64,000 bases of DNA. Source: Bdellovibrionales bacterium (GTDB lineage Bacteria; Bdellovibrionota; Bdellovibrionia; Bdellovibrionales; JAUICD01). The notes beneath the pieces were generated by a model, which was given only the letters and a program-made list of their open reading frames with translations, did no database searches and was not told where the DNA came from. Position numbers and translations under genes: made by a program. Positions 9,634 through 19,372 of the stretch are shown in pieces (the first letter of the stretch is position 1; each line of letters begins with the position of its first letter). The DNA lies in assembly GCA_965262715.1 (NCBI GenBank), contig OZ253553.1:320001-384000 (forward strand). Direction: 5' to 3'.

Positions 9634-11595
9634 CTATCTCTTTTGCTTTATGTTCTGTTTATTTGATGTTGTTGGTGAATCTTTTTTTTTTGATTTTTTT
9701 TCTGTGTGAACTGAATCCATAATTGGATCATCAGATGAAGGATTAGAGAGAGTAGGCTCCTTTTCCTTACTTGAATCTTCTATTATCTTACCTTCTGTGG
9801 CAACTTGTTTTATCTCTGAGATATCACCTGGAGCAGGCAGGTCTTTATTTGCGCTTTTAGTAGAGTCGCTGAGATTTTGAGATGACTTTGTTTGTGTATC
9901 TGTATTGATCTTAATATCTTCACTTGAATCTTCTATTATCTTACCTTCTGTGGCAACTTGTTTTATCTCTGAGATATCACCTGGAGCAGGCAGGTCTTTA
10001 TTTGCGCTTTTAGTAGAGTCGCTGAGATTTTGAGATGACTTTGTTTGTGTATCTGTATTGATCTTAATATCTTCACTTGAATCTTCTATTATTTTATCTT
10101 CTGTGGCAACTTGTTTTATCTCTGAGATACCTGGAGCAGGTAGGTTTTTATTTGCGCTTTTAGTAGAGTCGCTGGGATCTTGAGATGACTTTGTTTGTGT
10201 ATCTGTATTGATCTTAATATCTTCTTCTTTTTTCTCTTCTGTTTGTTGATCATTGACTTGCTTTTTAGTTTGTGATGTTGGAGCGGTACTTTCGCTTGCA
10301 TCTTGCGTTTTTGTAGCAAGTGATGGGATCTGCTTATCCTTATATTCTTCAATAAATGCCTTAGATTCACCAATGAGCTTGAGGGCTTTGTTTTTATCCT
10401 CATAACCAGGAATGGCCATAACTTCCTCTGCTGTGGCTTCTGCTAAGGATTTAATAGAGCTAAAATTGCTTTGATAAATATTTTGAGCCATTGTATCTGA
10501 GATATTTTCAAGGAGAGAAAGGTTGAAGATAGCCTCTGCTTGCCTTTTTGCGACATCAGATTCAGAAACAATTTTCATCTGCCATCCTGTGAGCTTTGTG
10601 GCTAAGCGAACATTTTGACCTTTTTTACCTATAGCTAAGCTAAGTTGTGCATCTGGTACGACAATCTCCATTTCTTTATTTTCTTCATTGATAAAAACTC
10701 TTGCCACTTCAGAAGGTTGAATGGCGTTGCAGACAAAGTTAATAATGTCCTCTTTGAAAGGAACAATGTCTATTTTTTCTCCTTGTAATTCCTGTACTAC
10801 GTTTTGTACACGACTTCCTTTCATGCCCACACAGGCACCTACAGGGTCAACAGCATTATCTTTAGAAACAACAGCTATTTTAGCGCGAGAACCTGGTTCT
10901 CTAGCTGCTGCCACAATCTTTACAATTCCATCATGAACTTCTGGAACTTCAATCTCAAACAGCTTGATCATATATTTCTCGTCTGTTCGTGACATAATGA
11001 TTTGTGGGCCTCTCCCTGTCTGCTTGACATCTAAAATATAACCTTGAACACGATCTCCAGGTTTATAGATTTCTCCAGGGATCTGCTCACTTTGAGGTAA
11101 ATAGGCTTCTGTTCGTCCTAGATCAACCACAATAGTTCTGTATTCCACTCTTCTTACAATCCCAGAAGCAATTTCTCCTCTTCGTTTTTCAAATTCTTGA
11201 AAGATGATTTCATGTTCTGCATCACGTACTTTTTGCATAATGATTTGCTTAGCTGTCTGAACAGCTACTCTTCCTAAATCTGATGAGTCCATTTTAATCC
11301 CAATATAGTCACCAATTTTGCATTCAGGGTCTAATTCTTTAGCTTCTGCAAGCTTGATTTCTACCTCTTCATCCACAAAGGTTTCGGGGTCTACGACTTC
11401 CTTGAATTGATGCAATTCAATTTCACTGGAATCTTCATTATAACTAGATTCAATCTCCTTATAAGTTCCATATTTTTTTCGAGCAGCCAGCAACATCCCT
11501 TGAACAATAGCATCAATAACAATTTGTTTTTGGATGCCTTTATCCCTTACTATGGTCTCAATCAATTTGTCTAAGCTAGAAAATTCGGCACCCAT
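9634..11595 (-). CDS. nusA: Transcription termination factor NusA with repetitive C-terminal extension
   Basis: AREPGSRAKIAV, GACVGMKGSRV, LSLAIGKKGQNVRLA. Confidence 0.98.
   Translation of the reverse strand: MGAEFSSLDKLIETIVRDKGIQKQIVIDAIVQGMLLAARKKYGTYKEIESSYNEDSSEIELHQFKEVVDPETFVDEEVEIKLAEAKELDPECKIGDYIGIKMDSSDLGRVAVQTAKQIIMQKVRDAEHEIIFQEFEKRRGEIASGIVRRVEYRTIVVDLGRTEAYLPQSEQIPGEIYKPGDRVQGYILDVKQTGRGPQIIMSRTDEKYMIKLFEIEVPEVHDGIVKIVAAAREPGSRAKIAVVSKDNAVDPVGACVGMKGSRVQNVVQELQGEKIDIVPFKEDIINFVCNAIQPSEVARVFINEENKEMEIVVPDAQLSLAIGKKGQNVRLATKLTGWQMKIVSESDVAKRQAEAIFNLSLLENISDTMAQNIYQSNFSSIKSLAEATAEEVMAIPGYEDKNKALKLIGESKAFIEEYKDKQIPSLATKTQDASESTAPTSQTKKQVNDQQTEEKKEEDIKINTDTQTKSSQDPSDSTKSANKNLPAPGISEIKQVATEDKIIEDSSEDIKINTDTQTKSSQNLSDSTKSANKDLPAPGDISEIKQVATEGKIIEDSSEDIKINTDTQTKSSQNLSDSTKSANKDLPAPGDISEIKQVATEGKIIEDSSKEKEPTLSNPSSDDPIMDSVHTEKKSKKKDSPTTSNKQNIKQKR
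9768..10224 (-). repeat. Three near-identical in-frame tandem repeats (150-153 bp) within nusA
   Basis: TGTATTGATCTTAATATC recurs at 9901, 10054 and 10204; unit EDIKINTDTQTKSSQ...KIIEDSS. Confidence 0.95.
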
Positions 11596-11644
11596 TTTTC
11601 ATACTCCTTAAAAGCATTTATCTTATCTTTTAAAATCTTATTAT

Positions 11645-11670
11645 AAAAAAAGTGGGTTGTAACCCACTTT
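11645..11670 (-). promoter_or_regulatory. rimP-leader-like hairpin/attenuator upstream of nusA
   Basis: Minus strand AAAGTGGG-TTACAA-CCCACTTTTTTT, matching the AGUGGG...CCCACU + U-tract leader normally found 5' of rimP-nusA-infB. Confidence 0.7.
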
Positions 11671-11946
11671 GAACACCTATTAATGACTTATAGTAAGTAG
11701 TATAATCCATTAATTTAAAATTGAAACTCTTATGGTATAGAAACACCAGAAAAATAAACACTAACTCTTAATATCAGTTCATTAAAGTCCTGGCAAGCAC
11801 TATTTGCCATAAATATATCAAGTGAATTACCTCAAAATACAAAATATATGCTATCGAAGCAAGGCCATTTTGTTATAGAAAATATGTTCTTATTGGTATT
11901 AACAAACTCGGAGTATTTCAATTTATACTGCTGATTTCAAAATAAC

Positions 11947-13386
11947 TCACCCGATGCTCCTTTCAAGCTTCATCTCTATCAATTTGACGGCTTCTACAGA
12001 AAATTCTAATGGTAACTTTTGAAAGACTTCTTTGCAAAAACCATTAACTAAGACAGAGACAGCATCCTCAGTGCTTAAACCCCTCGATTGCAGGTAAAAG
12101 AGTTGGTCTTCACTCATGCGAGTGGTGCTAGCTTCATGCTCTAATGTGACAGATTTGTTTTTGACTTCCATGTAGGGGTAGGTGTGAACACTGCTTTGAT
12201 CTTCAATAAGCATAGAGTCACATTGAGAGTAATTTCTAGCTCCTTTTGCTGAAGGGAGTATTTTAACAAGCCCTCTGTAAGTATTTGATGATTGATCTGC
12301 AGAAATGCTTTTAGAAATGATAGTGCTTTTTGTATTTTTGCCTATATGAATCATTTTGCTCCCTGTATCTGCTTGCATGTGACCATTTGTTAAGGCAACA
12401 GAATAGAAGGCACCAGAGGAATGATCTCCTTGTAAAATACAACTAGGGTATTTCCATGTGATGGCAGATCCAGCTTCAACCTGTGTCCATGTGATGCGTG
12501 AGTTTTCTCCAATACATTTACCTCTTTTTGTGACAAAATTGTAAACACCCCCTTTGCCATTTTCATCTCCAGAATACCAATTTTGTACTGTAGAATAATT
12601 GATTTGAGCGTTTTTTAAAGCTACAAGCTCTACAACAGCGGCGTGAAGTTGGTTGTTGTCATACATAGGAGCTGTGCATCCTTCGAGATAATTCACAAAA
12701 CTTCCTTCTTCTGCAATCAAGAGGGTCCTTTCAAATTGGCCTGTATCTTGAGCGTTGATACGAAAATAAGTGGACAAGTCCAGAGGGCAGCGAACGTTTT
12801 TTGGAATATAGCAAAAAGAACCATCACTAAAAACAGCAGCATTTAAGGTAGAAAAAAAGTTATCTCCTATAGGCACGACTGTTCCTAAATGTTTTTCAAC
12901 AAGCTCTGTATGTTCATTAACAGCGTCACTAAATGAGCAAAAAACCACCCCCGCTTTTGAAAGTTCTTCTTTATGGGTTGTGCCAATAGAGACACTATCA
13001 AATACCGCATCAACAGCAACCCCTGTTAGTCTTTTTTGCTCTATAAGAGGAATGCCTAGCCTTTCAAATGTTTTAAGAAGTTCTGGATCAATATCTTCTA
13101 ATGAGTGAGATGTGGGCTTTGCCTTTTTGGGAGCAGAATAATAACTCATATTTTGATAATCAATTTGAGGGTGTCTTAGATTTGCCCAAAGAGGTTCTTT
13201 CATCTTCTTCCATGTTTTAAAAGCTTTTAATCTGTATTTTAGTAGAAAATCTGGCTCATTTTTTTTATGAGAGATGAGGCGAATAGTATCTTCATTAAGT
13301 CCTTTGCTAATAGCTTCAGAAGCAATAGGAGTGATGAAACCATACTTGTAATCTTGCTTTTTTAAAGAAACACTCGGCACGGTCAC
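11947..13386 (-). CDS. sufB: Fe-S cluster assembly protein SufB
   Basis: [46 protein letters not shown]. Confidence 0.99.
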   Translation of the reverse strand: MTVPSVSLKKQDYKYGFITPIASEAISKGLNEDTIRLISHKKNEPDFLLKYRLKAFKTWKKMKEPLWANLRHPQIDYQNMSYYSAPKKAKPTSHSLEDIDPELLKTFERLGIPLIEQKRLTGVAVDAVFDSVSIGTTHKEELSKAGVVFCSFSDAVNEHTELVEKHLGTVVPIGDNFFSTLNAAVFSDGSFCYIPKNVRCPLDLSTYFRINAQDTGQFERTLLIAEEGSFVNYLEGCTAPMYDNNQLHAAVVELVALKNAQINYSTVQNWYSGDENGKGGVYNFVTKRGKCIGENSRITWTQVEAGSAITWKYPSCILQGDHSSGAFYSVALTNGHMQADTGSKMIHIGKNTKSTIISKSISADQSSNTYRGLVKILPSAKGARNYSQCDSMLIEDQSSVHTYPYMEVKNKSVTLEHEASTTRMSEDQLFYLQSRGLSTEDAVSVLVNGFCKEVFQKLPLEFSVEAVKLIEMKLERSIG

Positions 13387-13628
13387 AACCCTTTATTTAT
13401 TGACTGATTTATTATCCATCTTAATCTTAAAAATCTTAAAACTGTATTTTGATAACAGGTTACATGTTTTTGATGTGGCTCTTAAGAGTAATGAACTTTT
13501 TTAACATCATTTGTCTTAAAAAGCTATAAAAAGTCTCCTGCTAAATACAAATAATAAAATAAGGTTAAGTTATATAAGAATTATACCATTAAATTTGTAC
13601 ATTTTAGACTTATTTCTCTTAAGGTCTC

Positions 13629-13765
13629 TAAGGTTGTGGCCATTTCGAGATAAGATATTGGAATTACAAACTATATCTTATTAAGTTTTTATTTTGCTCA
13701 GGCAGTTGGGCAAGCGGTTGCCGGGGACAGTTTGCTGGATTGCCCGACTGCCGGAATGCCAGAAG
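13629..13765 (+). mobile_element. Degenerate repeat/MITE family V, followed by a GC-rich hairpin related to MITE family W
   Basis: TTTCGAGATAAGATATTG...CTATATCTTATTAA shared with about 25090-25142 and 53140-53200. Confidence 0.55.
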
Positions 13766-13770
13766 TCCCT

Positions 13771-13826
13771 TATAGGTCCTACCAAGGGACATAGGTAACA
13801 TATATTGCAAGGCAATAGGTAACATT
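13771..13826 (-). mobile_element. IS481-like terminal remnant
   Basis: Two copies of TGTTACCTAT (minus strand) spaced 24 bp apart, typical of repeated transposase-binding motifs at IS481 ends. Confidence 0.45.
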
Positions 13827-13835
13827 TTTTTAAAG

Positions 13836-14819
13836 TCAGGAATTAGGTTTTGTAATCATTTTGTTTTGTAGAGCCCAATTGATACTGTTTGTAATAGCTT
13901 GTTTTGCATTTTGGGGCTTTAAGTTCAATTCTGATTTGGCTTTACTAGAATCGAACCAATGAAATAGGGTGGATATTTGTACTGTTTCAGAAGTGATAAG
14001 AAAACTTTTATTTCTGTTTTCAAATTGATCTCCTATGACTCCTAACATTTTCAGACATGTTTTTGGAACGGGAATAAAAAAAGACCTTCTTCCAACTGCT
14101 TGTGTAATGATTTGAAAGAGCTCTTTGATGAGAATGTTTTCACCAGATAGAATATATCTCTCTCCTTTACGTCCTTTTGTGGTGGCGTTGTAAGTTGCTT
14201 CCACCACACTTTCGATATCAATGATATTTACTCCTCCTGGGGGGTAAAAAGGAAAATATCCTTTGGCAACTTGGAGATGTATTTTTCGGCTTGATTTTAA
14301 CATATCCCCAGGCCCATAAATAGTAGCAGGGTTTAAGATAACAGCATCTAAATGACCTGATCTTACAGATTTCTTAACTAAATCTTCAGCTTGCTTTTTT
14401 GTTTGAAAATAGCCTAAATTCAGCTTTTCTATAAGAAATGGAGATTCTTCATTGAGACAATTTGGAGTGAATGATGCGCCAATAGCTGCAACAGAGCTCA
14501 TATGAACAAGCCTTTGTGTGCGAGCATTGATGCAGGCATCAATGACATTTTGTGTGCCTTGAATATTCACTCTTTGCATGTCTTTAAGATGTTTTTTGCC
14601 AGAACTCACAAGGCCAGCTAAATGATAAACAACATCTATACCAAGAACGGCTTTTTTTAAGGCATCAATTTGGCAAATATCTCCAGAAAAAACTTCTGTT
14701 TTATCAGGTGCTCTTAAGGGATCTCTGCAAAAAACTCGGACGCTATGACCTTTATTAACTAAAAACTTTGTGAGCCAACTTCCAACAAATCCCGTTGCGC
14801 CTGTCACTAAACATTTCAC
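13836..14819 (-). CDS. NAD-dependent epimerase/dehydratase (extended SDR, dihydroflavonol-reductase/HpnA-like)
   Basis: VTGATGFVG Rossmann motif, HMSS, YFQTK (YxxxK), NPATIYGPGD. Confidence 0.92.
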   Translation of the reverse strand: MKCLVTGATGFVGSWLTKFLVNKGHSVRVFCRDPLRAPDKTEVFSGDICQIDALKKAVLGIDVVYHLAGLVSSGKKHLKDMQRVNIQGTQNVIDACINARTQRLVHMSSVAAIGASFTPNCLNEESPFLIEKLNLGYFQTKKQAEDLVKKSVRSGHLDAVILNPATIYGPGDMLKSSRKIHLQVAKGYFPFYPPGGVNIIDIESVVEATYNATTKGRKGERYILSGENILIKELFQIITQAVGRRSFFIPVPKTCLKMLGVIGDQFENRNKSFLITSETVQISTLFHWFDSSKAKSELNLKPQNAKQAITNSINWALQNKMITKPNS

Positions 14820-14857
14820 AAAAGTTCCTTTTAAAGACGAAATACTTTAAGTGATGA

Positions 14858-15076
14858 TCACTTTTTTGCAGGGTGTCGCTTTGTGTTTTTCCTAGATTTA
14901 AAGAGACTATTGATCACTAAAAATGCCTCTTGTCGAAGATCATTTTCATAAATAAATTTGTAGAAGCTCTTTAACTCGGGTGACTTGCGGAACTTTTTGA
15001 CAGCTACTGGAACAGGAGATTCTTCTTTATTAAATTCAATAGCGCATTTCTCTTCTGAAAATTTGATAAGTTCCAT
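14858..15076 (-). CDS. Small hypothetical protein
   Basis: 72-aa ORF with AAGG RBS, co-oriented with the downstream SDR gene. Confidence 0.7.
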   Translation of the reverse strand: MELIKFSEEKCAIEFNKEESPVPVAVKKFRKSPELKSFYKFIYENDLRQEAFLVINSLFKSRKNTKRHPAKK

Positions 15077-15209
15077 AGATAACCTTAATAACTTAAGTTG
15101 AAAGGAATAGCAACACTTAGACTTTAATAAGATAAGATTGAAAGGTCAAACAAAGTGATGTATTTTTGCATAAAAAATCAAAACATGAGTGAAATAAGGA
15201 TAAAAAGAA

Positions 15210-16061
15210 GTGAAAGTATTAAGTGGTGAAGTTGTATCTAAGATTCATAGGCTTCGTATCCGTTCGGATGTTGAAGACTTTATTGAAAAGTACGGGCATG
15301 CTCCGGAGTTGGCTGTGGTGCTTGTAGGTGATTGTGTAGCAAGTCAAATTTATGTAGGGAAAAAAGAAGCTGCTTGTAAAAAAGCAGGTATTATTTCTCA
15401 CAGGCATCATATAGGCGCGCAAGAACCCCCCATGCTTTTAGAAAAGCTCTTAGAGGATTTAAATAACGATCAAAAAATTCATGGCATTTTATTGCAACTG
15501 CCTCTACCTGAGGGCTTTGATCATATAAAGATTCTACAAAAAATTTCACACTTAAAAGATGTTGATGGATTGACTTTTAATTCTGTAGCACGGCTTTGTT
15601 TGCAGCAGGCAAATATAGAGCCTTGCACACCTAAAGGCATAATGGCTATTTTAGAACATTATGGGATTGAAGTTGCTGGACGAAAGGCTGTTGTAGTAGG
15701 TCGTAGTCAAATTGTCGGAAAACCCATGTTTCATTTACTCACAAATGCCAATGCCACTGTTACATTGTGCCATTCTCACACTCAGGATCTCTCAAAATAT
15801 ACCAAAGAGGCGGATATAGTGGTGGTTGCTGCAGGTAAGCCTTGTTTTTTAGGAAAGGACGACTTTAGAGAAAACTCTATAGTGATAGATGTAGGTATTC
15901 ATCGAAAATCAGATGGTGGTTTATGTGGCGATGTGAGATTTGAAGAATTAGATGTGTTTGCAGCAACTCCTGTTCCTGGTGGAGTAGGACCTATGACTGT
16001 GACCATGTTGCTTCAAAATACATTAGACCTTGCTATCCTTCAAAAGAAATATGAGAGGTGA
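15210..16061 (+). CDS. folD: Bifunctional methylenetetrahydrofolate dehydrogenase/cyclohydrolase
   Basis: GILLQLPLP, KDVDG, PCTPKG, GRSQIVGKP, TPVPGGVGPMT. Confidence 0.98.
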   Translation: MKVLSGEVVSKIHRLRIRSDVEDFIEKYGHAPELAVVLVGDCVASQIYVGKKEAACKKAGIISHRHHIGAQEPPMLLEKLLEDLNNDQKIHGILLQLPLPEGFDHIKILQKISHLKDVDGLTFNSVARLCLQQANIEPCTPKGIMAILEHYGIEVAGRKAVVVGRSQIVGKPMFHLLTNANATVTLCHSHTQDLSKYTKEADIVVVAAGKPCFLGKDDFRENSIVIDVGIHRKSDGGLCGDVRFEELDVFAATPVPGGVGPMTVTMLLQNTLDLAILQKKYER

Positions 16062-16064
16062 GTT

Positions 16065-17153
16065 ATTGATTTAAAAAAAACAATATTGCATGAAAGTCAT
16101 CTTCAGTTAAATGCGAAGATGATAGCTTTTGCAGGGTTTTCAATGCCACTCCAGTACACTGAAGGTATTTCTAAAGAGCATCATTGTGTCAGAAATCATG
16201 TAGGGCTCTTTGATGTATCTCATATGGGTCAAGTGCGCGTTAAAGGGAGAGAGGCTGTGACTTCTCTTCAATGGATGACATCCAATAATGTAGACCGATT
16301 AAATGCAGGGGAAGCCCAATACTCTCTTCTTATCAATTTTCAAGGAGGTATTATTGATGATGTTTTGATTTATTGTGTTGAAAAAAATGCGGATTATTTG
16401 GTTTGTGTCAATGCAATCAATAGAGAAAAGGACTTAAAGTGGCTGATTCAAAACAAAAAGGAAGGTACGCAAATCATTGATGAAAGTTCTTATTGGGCAT
16501 TGATAGCTATACAAGGTCCAAAGGCTTTGAGCTTAGCGGCTTCAGTTTTTGGTCAAGAAGTTTCAACACTTCAATCTTTTCGTTTTATTTTTCAAGAGGG
16601 TTCTTACATAGCTCGTACAGGATATACAGGTGAAGAAGGGCTGGAAATTTTTGTTCCAGAACATTTAGCAAAAAATTTGTGGCAGAGGCTTTTAGAGGAA
16701 GGAAAAAATTTTCAGGTAGGAGTTATTGGTTTAGGAGCTAGAGATTCTTTGCGTATAGAGATGAAATACTCTCTTTATGGTCATGAGATTGATGAGGAAA
16801 CAAATCCTATAGAGGCAGGTTTAGGCTGGGCTGTGAAGTTTAAAAAGGGAGATTTTATAGGACGAGAGAAAATATTAAAGATGAAAGAGGAAGGACCTGC
16901 TTGCAAGCTTATTGGATTTAAGATGTTAGAGAGAGGAGGTATTCCCAGGCAAGGGTATAAGATTTATTCTGATGATAAAAGCTCTTATCAGATAGGTCAT
17001 GTAACAAGTGGAATACTATCTCCTACTTTAGGAGTAGGTATTGGCATAGGTTATGTACAAAAGAGTTTTGAACAAATCGGTTGTAAAATTCATGTGGCTA
17101 TACGCCAGCGTTTTATTGGAGCTGAGGTGGTCAAAACTCCTTTTATAAGTTAG
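16065..17153 (+). CDS. gcvT: Glycine cleavage system aminomethyltransferase T (start uncertain: ATT 16065 or TTG 16086)
   Basis: FAGFSMPLQY, GLFDVSHMG, RTGYTGEEGLE, GLGARDSLRIE. Confidence 0.97.
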   Translation: MDLKKTILHESHLQLNAKMIAFAGFSMPLQYTEGISKEHHCVRNHVGLFDVSHMGQVRVKGREAVTSLQWMTSNNVDRLNAGEAQYSLLINFQGGIIDDVLIYCVEKNADYLVCVNAINREKDLKWLIQNKKEGTQIIDESSYWALIAIQGPKALSLAASVFGQEVSTLQSFRFIFQEGSYIARTGYTGEEGLEIFVPEHLAKNLWQRLLEEGKNFQVGVIGLGARDSLRIEMKYSLYGHEIDEETNPIEAGLGWAVKFKKGDFIGREKILKMKEEGPACKLIGFKMLERGGIPRQGYKIYSDDKSSYQIGHVTSGILSPTLGVGIGIGYVQKSFEQIGCKIHVAIRQRFIGAEVVKTPFIS

Positions 17154-17206
17154 AAGCTTGTAAATGATAAATCCATTATGTTATTATATTCTTATCGATA
17201 TTTTGT

Positions 17207-17282
17207 TCAGAGATAGCTCAGTTGGTAGAGCAGTTGACTGTTAATCAATTGGTCGGGGGTTCGAGTCCCTCTCTCTGAGCCA
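17207..17282 (+). tRNA. tRNA-Asn (GTT)
   Basis: 76-nt cloverleaf; acceptor TCAGAGA/TCTCTGA, anticodon arm GTTGA-CTGTTAA-TCAAT, GGTTCGA, encoded CCA. Confidence 0.97.
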
Positions 17283-17310
17283 TATCATCATTATACTTTA
17301 TTAAAATACG

Positions 17311-18128
17311 TTTTCCTTAACATTGTGTTAAAGAATGAGGGTAGTCTCCTCCTAAAAATAGACAGATTTTTTAGGCAATGATCATTTTACGAGGACGTTA
17401 GTCGTCGTGATCATTGCCAAAAAACAGCCAGAGGTGTGGAAGTATATTGTTTTTTAGAAAAACAAGGAAAAATCTTGAAGGAGCTGAAAATTGATATTTT
17501 AAGCTAAGTCTCGAAGTCCTCGATGAGATCGCCAAAAAGCGATCTCATCTGCGGAAGATCTCGTCTTTAGCTTAAAACATCAAATCTTAATTCCTATGAT
17601 AAAGATTATAGGTGATTTGTAAGGAGAAGAGACGGTAAGAGGAAGTTTTCCTTAACATTGTGTTAAAGAATGAGGGTAGTCTCCTTACTAAAAATAGACA
17701 GATTTTTTAGGCAATGATCATTTTACGAGGACGTTAGTCGTCGTGATCATTGCCAAAAAGCAGCCAGAGGTGTGGAAGTATATTGTTTTTTAGAAAAACA
17801 AGGAAAAATCTTGAAGGAGCTGAAAATTGATATTTTAAGCTAAGTCTCGAAGTCCTCGATGAGATCGCCAAAAAGCGATCTCATCTGCGGAAGATCTCGT
17901 CTTTAGCTTAAAACATCAAATCTTAATTCCTATGATAAAGATTATAGGTGATTTGTAAGGAGAAGAGACGGTAAGAGGAAGTTTTCCTTAACATTGTGTT
18001 AAAGAATGAGGGTAGTCTCCTTACTAAAAATGAACAGGTTTTTGAGGCAGTTAGCATTTTCTTGAAGGCGTGAGCCTTCAGGCTAACTGCCCAAAAGTGG
18101 CCAGAGGCCAGTTCATTTTTAGGGAAAC
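17311..18128 (+). repeat. Head-to-tail array X-Y-X-Y-X of structured non-coding modules
   Basis: Unit starts TTTTCCTTAACATTGTGTTAAAGAA at 17311, 17646 and 17982 (period 335/336 bp); the first two units are almost identical, the third X has a different but compensated hairpin. Confidence 0.95.
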
Positions 18129-18204
18129 AGCATTTGACAAATTTATAAAGCTATCGTGAAATAAATATATAAATATATAAATATATAAATATAGGGGGAA
18201 ATAA

Positions 18205-18910
18205 ATGAAAAAATCACTTCTTATCTTACTGTTACTCAATCTTGCACATTTCAATTTAAATGCTCAAGAAACAAATAATAATTCAAAAAATCAAGAACGA
18301 CAAAAGATTTACTTTAAAGGAATTTTTAGCCCTACACTTGATATGCAACCAGTGGGTTTTAATGAGAGTGGGGACTTGGACTTTCTTTTAGATGAGGTTC
18401 AATATACAGCTACAGGTGAAGTGCCTTTAACTTCTGGTTTTTTTGACAACATTGAAACTGGTATAGGGTATAAAGTAAGTAATAATTGAGGGTGTTTTTA
18501 AATTGACAAAGTTTCATGTTGGTCTTCCTGATGCTCACTCGGTAGAGTTCTCCTCTGGTTCTGATAGTGAGTTACTTGAATTTGAACCACATTATTTAGG
18601 TCTTTTTAATTTTGTAGATAATTCAAGTATCTTAGGTTCTTTAGATACTTTAGGTATTATGGGTAAGTTGTTGTATCAAAAGAGTTTATTTGATGACTCT
18701 CATGTTTATTTTGGCTCTGGTTATGGACTTTTTGCAGCTAATGTACCTATAAATGACTGGTCACATATTTGGAGTGGAGAGGTTGGGCTTTTGATAGAAT
18801 TTAGTGACTTCACTGATATAAAGATAGGGTATGAATATACCCGCTTTGCTGAGACCGAAAATGGTATTGTTACATTAGACGGCTTTGACAGACATGGTTT
18901 GGTCATTTGA
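18205..18910 (+). pseudogene. Outer-membrane beta-barrel protein, frameshifted
   Basis: Signal peptide; ORF1 ends GIGYKVSNN and the next frame continues RVFLKL; alternating aromatic/Gly strands (YFGSGYG, IGYEY). Confidence 0.7.
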
Positions 18911-19372
18911 TTTCATGTTTATAAAACAAGATAAAAAAACAGAATAACTAATGTAAATCAATAGACAAAGCTTAAGTTATTTACAAACTCCATTTATACG
19001 AGAAACCGTTTCGTTTATATCAAGACAGTTACTTGAACTGTTAAAAAAATCAATGACTCGTTTATAGGAATTCAATTTAAAATAATTGAGATCATCATCC
19101 CTAACATAGGGATAATATTCCTGTTTATTAGATAAAGGATAATATCACTTCGGACCAACTTAATGCGTTAACCAGTGCGCGGATATGAGGTTGTAGTTTC
19201 AGTGGCAATCATAAAAAAATAATGACTCTCAGAACTTATTCTTCTCTTGCTTTGTGGTCATTCATATGAGTGGAACAATGAAACGATTCTCTTGCATTAT
19301 AGCTTTGATTATGTTAAATAGTTTTGAAAACATGATGAAAGATGAAATGGCCTGCTTTTTCTGAAAAAGGCA

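Noticed and set aside
17490..17590. Y core as a known ribozyme or kink-turn
   Set aside because: No hammerhead, twister or HDV core could be built by eye; the GA after GCA pairs Watson-Crick with TC, so it is not a standard k-turn
17311..18128. CRISPR array
   Set aside because: Period is ~335 bp with duplicated inter-repeat sequence, there are no unique 30-40 bp spacers, and no cas genes are in the window
18975..19290. Possible gene remnant on the minus strand
   Set aside because: Short broken frames without recognisable motifs; cannot be supported
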